Of a DNA stretch of 64,000 nucleotides, positions 25,984-37,168 are shown one piece after another. Source of the DNA: Mytilus californianus (taxonomy: Eukaryota); the NCBI RefSeq assembly GCF_021869535.1, contig NW_026262673.1:2976001-3040000 (forward strand). Direction: 5' to 3'. The translations under genes and the position numbers were made by a program. The notes below the pieces were generated by a model. It was not told the DNA's origin. It did not search any database and saw nothing but the letters and a program-made list of their open reading frames with translations. How positions within the stretch are numbered: the stretch's first letter is position 1; the number at the start of each line of letters is the position of its first letter.

Positions 25984-27962
25984 GAGGTACCAATATACAT
26001 TAAGATCTATGGCTTTTCTCTCCTTTAAGAACTGTACCAGAACAATTTTTTAAGTGAAACGTTGTGTGCACCAAGAGTATTTTGATGATGGCAAGCACAT
26101 GTAAATATTTTTATTGAAACGTTCTACAAAGTTAATTACATGCGTTCTAAAATCCAACACTCGTTTTTGATACTAAAACACCTAACTGACCTCTAATCTT
26201 TATGGTTATCTCTTTCTCTCTTTCTTTGACAAAAAAAACAAAAAACAAACAAAAACAACAACAACTAAACTAAACTGTAACACAACTGAGATATGTAATT
26301 CAATTTGAGTTGATCAATTTGTTAAAGTCAACGTAACACTATATATAAGTAAATGTATATTTCTTTATTGACAGAAAGGACAGGAAAAGAATACTACATC
26401 AAAGAATGTGAAATCCCTGATCCTTGTATCACGGAGGGCAAAGGTAAACATGTAAATCCCTGATCCTTGTATCACGGAGGGCAAAGGTAAACATTTAAAT
26501 CCCTGATCCTTGTATCACGGAGGGCAAAGGTAAACATTTAAATCCTAGATCCTTGTATCACCATGATCACGGAGGGCAAAGGTAAAAGTCTTAATCCCCG
26601 CTACTTGTATCACGGGGGGCAAAGGTAAACGACTAAATCCCCGACCCTTGTATTACAGAGGGAACAGGTAAAAGTTTACACCCCACCCCCCATCTTTGTA
26701 CCACAGAGGACACAGGTGAAAGTTCAAATCCCAGAATCTTTTCACACGTAGGGCATCGTTAAAACGTTGAACCCCTGTGCATTATATTCGGGGAGCAAAG
26801 GAAACGCTTAAAATCCCTGATCTTTGAATTACATAGGGCAGAAGGATAAACTTCGAGCCACTGCTCCTGGTCGGCAAAGGTAGATATTTTAATCCCTCAT
26901 CAAAGTAATATAAAAAAAAAGCAAAGATAAAAGAGTACATCCGTGAGTATATAAGACTAAGGAGTAAATCCGTGAGTATAAGTGAAAGGAGTAAATCCGT
27001 GAGTATAAGAGAAATGAGTAAATCCGTGAGTTTAAGAGAAAGGAGTAAATCCGTGAGTATAAGAGAAATGAGTAAAACGTGTGTATAAGAGAAAGGAGTA
27101 AATCCCTGAGTATAAGAGGAAGGAGTAAATACGTGAGTATAACATGTATAAGAGAAAGCAGACTAATCAAACTTAACATACTTTTTTGCCTTTTCCTTTA
27201 AAAGCGAAATGTTAAAACTTGATCTTTTTAAGGGTTTGGTCCAATGTGTAGACATATATCTTTCAAATTGTACATTTTTTACAAGTATGTGGTAACCTAT
27301 TTTTATTAACATATAAACCCCATCAAAGTAGTAGCCAAACATTTAATTTTGTCTGGAAATAAGAATTAAACTTTCTCGTCTGAATTATATATCTTTGTAT
27401 ATATAAAATGAGGTGCATAATATAACATCAATGAGACAGCAAATGGTAAAAATCAAAAATAAGGAGAGATACTTTATTTAAACACAAACCTAAAACACAA
27501 AACCTACGTGTATGTATAGAAGAACATACATCTCTTCCACAGAGAACATCAACAGACTTTAAATTTGTCAGTGTGCAATTATTAAAAAATAATACATATT
27601 ATAAGTTAAAAAAAAGACATTTTCAGTTAAATTATTATATTCATTGCACGGTTTTTTCCTGGTAAAATGTATTTGTTGGCCATGGATCTAAATTGTGTAT
27701 TGCAGGTTTCCGGTGGGGAGTGGAATGTTTTATTTTATACAATATAATAGCGTATGCAGTACTGTTATTTACCTTAATTATTGGCGCTATAGCTTTAGCA
27801 ATCGTATGTCATGTCAGACGAGATTTAATTACTGACAGAGAAAGACTTATGAAGAAGAGGAATATTGCATGGATGAAAGTTCAACAAGCTCTTCTACACG
27901 GAGGTGGGGGTGGTCAAAGACCCCCTGCGTCGACAGCTCCGCCTATGCGTAAGGGATGGTAA
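25051..27962 (+). CDS. Single-pass LRR membrane protein, paralog 2 (401 aa): join(25051..25930,26375..26443,27706..27962)
   Basis: Signal peptide MLILLVVLLCGAVKVDG, LRRs (LLEKISLQYNAFTEISSTIFDGLDLL), LRRCT WNCTCENIW...YTC, 69-nt exon, TM segment, tail ending RKGW*. The joined length of 1206 nt is in frame. Confidence 0.9.
26411..26880. repeat. ~43-bp tandem array (~11 units) starting inside exon 2 of paralog 2; each unit carries the donor and the units decay with distance
   Basis: AAATCCCTGATCCTTGTATCACGGAGGGCAAAG|GTAAAC at 26411, 26454, 26497, 26540, then progressively more diverged copies. Confidence 0.9.
26932..27155. repeat. 27-bp minisatellite, ~8 copies
   Basis: Unit GAGTAAATCCGTGAGTATAAGAGAAAG. 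Confidence 0.93.
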
Positions 27963-30349
27963 CGGAGACTTATCTTTGACCTGCATTATTAAAACAATAT
28001 ATTATTCTCGTTAAAAGTATACAATTGATTGTGACAAAAAAATGTTAATAAATTTTGAACGTAGTTTGAAATATATTCTCCCTATAGCAACACACACACA
28101 CACCAACTCACATATATAGAGAAACAATAACGATTGTACTGACGATTTTTCAGTATGCGGATATGGATAGTAAACTGCACATTGCTAGAAAACAAAGAAA
28201 TGTTGATGCCAATGTTGAAAACGTTAATGATGTAATACAACTAAACAGGAAATACGAAAACAGATTTAAAAAACATTGATTAACAAAAGTTTAATCTGCT
28301 AATCGAGTCCCTGTGGAATTGACAGTTTTCCCGCCGAAGGTCGTCGGTTATCTCACACACTCACTCTGGTTCCCTTCATCAATAAAACATGGCCGCCATA
28401 ATAAGTCAGTATATTCATCTCAGACAAAAGTAAAACCTGATATAGAAAGTCAAGGAGTTCATTTGTTAGAAAGAACAAAAAACAATGTCTACGAAAAATG
28501 ATAAAAATTTAGTTAACTAAAGATAAGTTAGTTAACGATTGCCACTGAAATCCGGGATGGATGGAAGGGTGGGTGAGCAGTACAAGTTATCTGAAGGATT
28601 GGTTCACGTCGAATCAAAGCAAAATGTGTAATTGCAATCATGGTAATCGAGAAATGAATTAAAAATTAAGGACAGCAAATCCTAACTCGTCTGGATATCA
28701 ATTAAGATAGAAAATAAAAAAGCGTATTTTGCTTTTGAAAAGAAAATCTCAAAAAACAACATTCTAATTTTTTCTCGCAATGATGATACTGTTGAAATAT
28801 TCGTAGCTGGACAGACCGACAAACACGTATACACAGAGAGTTATATATAAAAATAAGAATGGTATGATTGGCAGTGAGACATTTTTCCACCAGAGACTAA
28901 ACGAAATAAAAGTTAACAAATATAGGTCACCATACGACCTCCAACAATGAACAAACTTTAAGTCCACACTGCACTGCAAACCATAAAAGACTCTGAAATG
29001 AAAAATAGAAAACAATTCAAACGAAAAATCTAACGGTCTGTTTTATGTACAAAACAATAAACGAAAAACAAAAATGGTTTATAGCAACAAATGACAACCA
29101 CTAAGTTACAAGCTGCAGAATTGAGACAGGCACGTACAATAAGAGGGGATATTAAACATGTTTTCTGGCGCCAATTTCCGCTCACCCTATGACCTTGGAC
29201 AGTGGTGTAACAGTACAACATAATAACAATTTATAAAAATCGGTTGAGAAAAGGCTTAACTCATCAGATGGATACAGATAGAAATACATCTAACAAAACA
29301 CAGAGAAGACGTGGACAGGTACTTGTACATCCCAACAACAAAAATACACTAAGTACAGATCTGAGAGTATTTGCAGTTACAGAAAGCTAGTTCAAAACCA
29401 ATAAGAGCTAATAATAATCATGTGTCTAAGACTAAAATTTCAATCAGTTCATATCCAACTTCCAATGAATTTAGAAAAAAGGTCATAAACAGTCAAAGAA
29501 AAAAAATGGCATCGTGAAATTAATCGCTTGCTCCGGAAATAATGATCAGAGCTTGTAGACTAAATTTATTTAAGTCTTCATATTTTTATATTACATTGTA
29601 ACAACAATATTTCTTGCTGGGGTACAATCATGCGCAGTCATTTGTTTTTAGGCTTCTGTCATTTGCAGAGGCATTAACTCTCAGGGAACAGTCATTAGCA
29701 GAGCCAGTTTTGGAACTGTCATTGGCAGAGTAATGTGTTGCTAGGATACTGTCATATGTAAAGTCAACAAGCTGAGGTACTGTCTTACCGTAAGAAGTCC
29801 ACAGTTCTTGATCGATGTTTAGGTTTCTTGTGTAGTGTTTTGTAAACTTTTGTCTGTTTTTATTTGGCTCAAACATTGTTCTTCAATTGTATCTACAAAA
29901 TTCATGTCTTTCCTCTGAGTTTTGTAAGAATAAAGATTTAACGAGGCAAAACGAGTTATATTTATAGGTTAATTATCATTAATTTTTGTTTGTTTACTTT
30001 TTAATTTTCATGAATCTTTCAAAGTATTTTAATCGTACCGTTTTGAATAAACATGTAATATTTGCCACTAGATGTTGAGCATCTAACAATAAATCAATAA
30101 ATTAGTGCATACCAGGATTTAATCTTAAATAGAGCAAATAATAACTTGTCACGATTCGAGAATAAAAACCCTAATTCTTATTAATCAAGATTAAATGTAT
30201 TTTTGTTAATCTGTAAAATGTTACATTAAAGTACAACCGTTATATGTCTATAATATTAACCAGTTTTATAGGATCAAAGATTAGGAATTAAGATCGTTGT
30301 TATTTGAAAAATAAAATGGCGGAAAGAAAATAAGAAAATTAGAGAGACA

Positions 30350-33008
30350 ATGAGGAATATGACACTACTTTTAACCATTCTGCTGTTTTGTATCTACAGT
30401 GGTGATGCAGCGACACCTACTGGATGTACAGGGGATAGTTCCGACAGTTCTATCATTCACTACACATGTGACATGACAAGTATTGGTGGTTCTATCAGTT
30501 TCGCTGGATTCACGGATTCTGAGCCACAGAGGTTAACCATCTACAGCGCTAGTGGCACAGTTTCTGCAGGAACATTCAGCGGTTTTAGCGCATTTAGTGG
30601 TGTAAATTCTGATTACCCGGCAACACTTCAGTTTCTTTGTACAGGATCACTTACATTTTCTACAGGGACGTTCGCTGACCTCGGTTATTTTGAGGAAGTT
30701 TTTATCAAAGATTGTACTACCTCTTTGATTGCCAGTATGTTTAATAGTCTTGGAACGGCAAACAAGGTATCTATCAGTGGCGGTACACTTTCAACCATTG
30801 ATGCTGGCACCTTCACAAGCTTGGACATCTTACCAATTTCGACAACAGCAAGTCCAAGAGGAGAATTGAGCATCAAGAACGTAGTACTAACGCCAGGAAC
30901 ATTTCCCTCGACATTCTTTGATCCACTGACGAATATTAAATTCATTTACTTAGAGAATCTAGGTCTGACATCTGTTGATGCAGCGTGGTTTAGTAGCAAC
31001 ACAGCTCTCGTGTATCTGTCTCTGGCTAACAATCAGATCACAACACTTCCAAGCACTATGTTTGATACAACATTGGCGTTAATGTACATCAATTTACACG
31101 GTGCTCCATTGGATTGTACAGATACCAGCACAGCTTGGTATTATGATTACACTGTAGCCAATAACATCACTTTCGAAGGAGCAGCTGTCTGTTCAACTCC
31201 AGCTGCCGAGCAATGTAAGTTATCACTTGGTATTATGATTACACTGTAGCCAACAATATCCAATTTGATGGAGCAGCTGTATGTTCCATTCCGGCTGCTG
31301 AACAATGTAAGTTATCACTGGGTATTATGATTACACTGTATCCAACTACATCGCTTTTGATGGAGCAGCTGTCTGTTCCACCCCAGCTGCTGAACAATGT
31401 AAGTTATCACTTGGTATTATGACTACACTGTAGCCAACAACATCACTTTTGATGGAGCAGCTGTATGTTCCACTCCAACTGCTGAACAATGTAAGTAATA
31501 AGTTTTTGGTTTTTGATGTTATTCGAGCAATGATGGTATTCAGGTAGTGTATGTCATTCATATTATCTCTCAATTTCTTTTAAAGTAGTCTGTCGTTTTA
31601 TTAATCAGTTGGTTCATGTCATTAAAATCTTTCGAACAGCGTAAGTAAAGGAATTATCAAATTTGTTGAACAACATTAGTAATCAGTTGTTTCATGTCAT
31701 TCGAATCTGTCGAACAAAGAAAGTAATCAATTGTTTCATGTCATTCAAACCTATAGAATAACGAAAGTAATCAGTTGTTTCATGTCCTTCAGATCTCTCA
31801 AACAATCAGTATACAAGCAACACTCAATCAATCAATCACAGTGTACATGATCAATATTGAAATCAAGGTCATTATGACATAGTAAAGTACTTCAGAATAG
31901 AATAAAACAAAACAATTATTATAGAATATTCAAGATGTGTGATTACTACTTTCAGATAAAAGTTTAGCAGTTTGGGCACAGGCGTTTGCAACCTCAACTG
32001 ATGAATGCAACGGGGAAATGGGTAAGACTCCATTTTATTTCATATATATATATATATATCATTTTCATCTTTAATACAAAATGTTGATTTCTTTATTTCG
32101 TTTTTTTTTTTGTGAACTTGTCTGCCTCTAAATCTATTATATTAAACGAATGAATTTATCATATATTTGTTTGCTTCATTTCTGCTTTTTTAATGGAAAG
32201 AATGAAAACGATTATTAATTCATGGCGCAAAATCCGACACTGTACACGCATTTAACAAAACAAACATCAAAATGTATTAATTTTTTGTCATCGTAATTCA
32301 CAGTGAGACTTCAACACGCATCAATAGATCTCATAACGTTTTATATTCAAGGAGGCCCACAGGTGTAAGTTGTATATTTTGCTTTGTTTCGTTCACGCTA
32401 CATTGCATATTCAACAGGCGGAGGATGCTTCTTGTTTAAATTAATTGCTAATCGTGTTACATGTTACATGCTACAAAGTAAACTCCCTGGTATGATTTTT
32501 AGAAATAAAGTTCATGCACTTCATTCTGTAGATAATCGGAACCGAAATTGAACATTTGCACCAACGACTTGGAGACTGAATGCAATTAAATGCACTAAAT
32601 GTATGTCCTAAAAACAAATTTAAGTAACATATATTATAATAATACAACTATTTCGTCTGAGTTCATGTAGGAATTGATTCGCGTGGGGTAATAAATCAGG
32701 TTCATACACGTATACATGTTTTTGTTGTCACGACGTCCACCAATGAAATATGACTTAACATTGGGATTATTGGTTTATATTTTTTAGGAATAGTAGTCGG
32801 CGGCTCTTGCATTGGTTTATTTCAGTTAATCTGTTACTGTGTGACATTTGTTTGTCTGATATTTGGTATTGTTGCCCTTATATTGGTAATATATTTACGT
32901 CGCAGTACACTGAGAGCAAAACAAGACAATGGCAGTAAGGGAAACCAGAGGAAAGAGAAGAGAAAAGGGGGAAGACGGGAGAAAAGAGATTCAAATGCAT
33001 GGACTTAA
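30350..33008 (+). CDS. Single-pass LRR membrane protein, paralog 3 (383 aa): join(30350..31214,31956..32021,32788..33008)
   Basis: Signal peptide MRNMTLLLTILLFCIYSGDA, LRRs (ALVYLSLANNQITTLPSTMFDTTLAL), modified LRRCT, 66-nt exon, TM segment (LICYCVTFVCLIFGIVALILVIYL), basic tail ending NAWT*. The joined length of 1152 nt is in frame. Confidence 0.88.
31135..31500. repeat. 92-bp tandem repeat x4 spanning the exon 1 donor of paralog 3
   Basis: CAAT|GTAAGT donors at 31215, 31307, 31399 and 31491. Confidence 0.97.
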
Positions 33009-33514
33009 ATATAAAACTTGTGTGCAATGACAACTGTAAAATATACAGACGGTTCAGAATCTCCATTATGCATGCCGAAACTTAATTTGTGTATTTAATT
33101 GTTAACTTATCTTTTCTTTTTCATTAAATATTAAAAGGTGAAATTTTAAATGTTGTATCATGATTTAGAAGTCTAGTTTATAACAATCCGTACTTTTGAT
33201 TGCATGAAAGCAATCACGTGGCATTCCAATATCAAATTTCATTTCTCAATAAAATTCACGACAGTACGTGCTTATTATGACGATGACGTCACAACAATGC
33301 AAAAGAAAACAAACCGAAAAATTTGCTATAATTCGTAATTTCATGGTTGTAGCATCAATTGTAATCATAAAAATAGAATGCTTTTGTTTGTAATTTTATT
33401 GGGTGTTTTGTTTCATTTGACTTTGGTTTCGTGTAGGCCTTTGTCACGTAAGATCATATGTCAGAATAATCCGATAAGATGTTAATTTATAACATTTACG
33501 GTATCAATATATCT

Positions 33515-33553
33515 GTGCTAGATGCGCATTTCGACATGTCTCTTCAGTGATGC
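33515..33553 (-). ncRNA. Degenerate type I hammerhead ribozyme motif
   Basis: Minus strand: GCATCA-CTGAAGA-GAC-AT-GTC-GAAA-TGCGCA-TC-TAGCAC. The core is intact, but the stem II loop is shortened and stem I is mismatched. Confidence 0.65.
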
Positions 33554-35593
33554 TAGAGGCCAAAATATTTGAAAATCCAAAACGAATAAAAAAAATGAAG
33601 AGCTTAGAAACCAAAAAAAAGACAGCAATTATAGAGACTTTGACACTGTCCTTGTTCGGTATGGGTGGAACACTTGTAACATTACAATCGTTATTTGATA
33701 TAAAAGTAGGAGGTGTGTCGTTTGTGACTGAACAAAGTATAGACAAGAGTCCAAGTACCGCGGATTTAAGCAGCTATAGAATATCGTACATGTACGGCCT
33801 TCAATAATGAACAAAACACAAACTGTATAGTCACAGTACTGACCCAACATGGCTTAACCCTCTTACTGCGGCAGGGACATATATGTCTTCCCCTGTCTTA
33901 CTGCGTGAAGGACATATATGTCCTTTGTGTAAAAAAAAATCGATTAATTTTTCACTTTTTAATATTTCTAAAAAATACCCTTTCCTTCATTTATTGAATA
34001 CATTTTATATATTTTATTCATTATGTGGTTGTTATTTTTGTTGTTGTTTTTTTTTATCCATCTTTTTCATAAAACGTCATCATTATGTCATAGTATTATT
34101 TGACGTCATTTTATGTCGTAATTGAGTTGAAGGCTAAATAGCGCTATCTTTTAGAATGAACCTTTTAAATGCTTCGTATTGATAAGATAACATAGAATCA
34201 GAAAACAAAATCAACATGAACAAATAATCATTGAAAAGTACAAACAAAAATATTTGCTATTTGGTTTTAATTCTTGTATCCAACAATTATAAATATTTCA
34301 AACAAATGTCCTCAACTCTTTTAGATTGGGAGGGACACTGATATATGCTAAGTGTTGAACTTAGTGCTTGCCTTGGTTTTCTTACTTGTTTAAAAACAAA
34401 TGAATTAAACAACGAAAAAGTCTACGTTGGTATATAGATAAATAAGTCTACAATTAATTTATTGATACGAATTGTTAAATTGGCATAAAAAAGCATTCAG
34501 TATTCTGAATATTTTTTTATGTTTTATTAGCTATTATAGGTTTAGTTTATGTGCAAAAATGAATAGATACTATGCAGTTATTCGAAACCCGTTAGTAGCA
34601 GGAATCAGCCAAACAATGAGAAAAGCCATTATACCGTATAGTCAGCTAAAGAAGGCCCCGACATGAAAAAATGTAAAACAATTCTAACATGAAAACTAAC
34701 GGCATAATTTATAACAATACAATTTATGAAGAACATTTGACAGGCATGAACCAACGACAACCACTGAATTACAGGCTCTGACTCCTGACTTGGGACGTGA
34801 ACAAAAGAGTGTACTATCTTTAAAAACGGCAAATTTTGAAATTCCTTCACATTTATTCAATGAAGTAACACCTTACGATGGTTAAATTTTAGACAAGTAT
34901 AATTTTTTAACTCATATCATGCTGATACTGAATACGATGCTTCAAACAAAGATCTATATTTTCCTTATACTTCATGTGTTATATATATTGAGTGTAAAAT
35001 GCCAAGTTGGAGAAAAAAATAAAAGAAGGATGTAATAAAAGATCTTTTCTAAATATGTGTAAATATTACATTGATATACACATATAAATTAACACATACG
35101 GTATTATTTTGGAATAAGTTTTCGTGAGTTATATTTCCCCGTATAGTTATATAAATTCGGAAGGGCCCTGTTATTATTTATTCTGTAAATATATATATAT
35201 ATAATGATAGTTACAAATAGTATAAATATACCATCGACCAGTAGTAATCAAAGAAATTAAGCAGTTATTAACGAAAATATTAGAACCGAACCTAAAAACC
35301 AAGAAACAGAAAAAAACAAACATGTAAATATATAGCTAGTAGCGCAACCCATCCACATTTTTGGCGGTAACTAGAAATCATGCAGGTAAAAAGGTGTGCT
35401 CGATTTGGATTTATCATTCGTCAAGCGTCAATGTGATATGATAATAAATTTGACATATGAAATAATATGATATGAATACATGTATAACATAGAAAATAAT
35501 AACCATAATAAACACAAGAAATATTTCATGTGATGACACTAGCGTCGGTGCAACCATCGTCTACAAAGAAAAGGGAACAAGACGATTACAATG

Positions 35594-35763
35594 CAGTGGC
35601 GGATCCAGAAATTTTCATAAGTGGGGGCCCACTGACTGCCTAAGAAGGGGCCCGCTCCGTTCATGCTTCAGTGATTCCTTATATAATCAACCAATTTTTT
35701 CCACAAAAGGGGGGCGGGCCCCCTGCCCCCCCCCCCCCCCCCCCCCCTTTGTTCCGCCTCTGC
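35594..35763. mobile_element. Short GC-rich MITE-like element
   Basis: Ends CAGTGGCGGATCC / (G)TTCCGCCTCTG are imperfect inverted repeats. A related 3' end (CTGGATCCGCCACTG) lies at ~58590-58605. Confidence 0.6.
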
Positions 35764-36304
35764 AATGTTTCACTGGGGGAGGATATTTCCGGAGAAAGAT
35801 ACATTTTACAGTATATATAGCAAAACATTTCACAGCATTGATATATTTTTGGCATCTTTAAACATTTCTATTAAAGTAAAGGATGTAAATTGTGCATGCT
35901 TGTGCTTGTGTGCATGTGTAAACACCATTAATCTTAAATGGGTCTTTGTTAAGAAATCAAGGCTTAAAATTAATTGCATCATAGTTAAACCAATAAAATG
36001 TTGGCCTTTTTTAGGTGTGACGATATTTATTTTAGGACACATGCATCCTTTAAATCTGAATACTAGTAGACAATGGAAACGGGGAATGTGTCAAAAAGAT
36101 ACAACCCGACCAAAAGGCAGAAAACACCACAATGCAACCAATGGGTCTCCAACGCAGCTGGCCCCTAAACCAATAATGTAAAAAATCTTATTTTGACAGT
36201 TCAGATTAATTTTAATATAAGCGTGCTATGAAAATACATGTACAGGTGCATGTACATAGAAAACACAATTAAAACAAAAGAAACGTGTATTGTATAGGTT
36301 ATAA

Positions 36305-36632
36305 GGGAGCTATCATTTGATTTTTATTGGCCGGGGGGGGGGGGAGGGGGAGTGAAATTTGAAAAAAAGCAGGACAGGAGTTTTGAGTTAAAAAAAAAAG
36401 GCAGGATGAGCAACTTGGTAAAAAAAAGAAGGCAGGATGACAATTTATGTAAAAAAAAGTCAGGATAAACTAATACAAAAAAGGCAGGACCAAACAGAGT
36501 GAAAAAATAAAAAAGGCAGAACAGAGATTACAACTAAAAAAAAATACAGGACAAGATTTTTCATCCTAGCACCCAACCCCACCACCACCACCACCACCAC
36601 CAACACCACAAAAATCACAAATGGTAGCTCCC
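36305..36632. mobile_element. PIF/Harbinger-type MITE
   Basis: Terminal inverted repeats GGGAGCTATCATTTG / CAAATGGTAGCTCCC, with a TAA duplication at 36302-36304 and 36633-36635. Confidence 0.75.
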
Positions 36633-37055
36633 TAATTATATACTGCGTTTGGAGAGTCATTTACAAACTTTTATAAATTATTAAATATTATATCAATTTG
36701 AGCACATTAAATCTAATAACACAACACTGTTAAACTCAGATTATATTGTAAAACTTGCTCATCGTTTGACTTAAAAGCTTTATTATGCTTTGATATTCCA
36801 AAATATGAGCGATCACTTCTCACAAAAATAAGAATAAGTGCACAATCACTTGCTATTTAAACGGGGTTATCCAGTTTACCAAAAACTTTAGCAACTGAAA
36901 GTTTCTGCAAATTTTGCGGAGATAAAGCAGAATATGGTGTGCACTTCCTTTTATAATGTCCCCTATATAAAAAACCTTTGAGAGAATTTAAGTTTTCAAA
37001 AATTGGTTAAAGATGAGGTTATGAAATCAGTAACATTTAAGGAATGACTGTAATG

Positions 37056-37168
37056 TTTTCTGTCTATGAAGAAATAACATCAAAAATGTGACACACCCAA
37101 TAACCAGCGTAGCGGGTTATTTTAAAGTGTGCACCACATTTTTCATGTTATTTCGAATAGACAGAAAA
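37056..37168. repeat. Long imperfect palindrome inside an interspersed element
   Basis: TTTTCTGTCTAT..AAATAACAT..AAAAATGTG..AATAACC / GGTTATT..CACATTTTT..ATGTTATTT..ATAGACAGAAAA. Confidence 0.75.

Noticed and set aside
25948-25990. T-run followed by a long G-run near the paralog 2 donor (G-quadruplex candidate)
   Set aside because: Homopolymer runs also occur elsewhere in the window (e.g. ~35725-35748) and their lengths are error-prone. No specific evidence of function.
26411-26880. CRISPR-like appearance (polarised array of ~43-bp units)
   Set aside because: There are no unique spacers between constant repeats, no cas genes, and the context is eukaryotic. The units are copies of an exon end.
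29255-29270. CTGATGAG on the minus strand (similar at ~21940 and ~7718) as hammerhead cores
   Set aside because: No stem II followed by GAAA and no cleavage triplet in register.
29628-29876. ORF with SAND-like short repeats
   Set aside because: Three short degenerate nucleotide repeats in intergenic DNA, with no splice or homology support.
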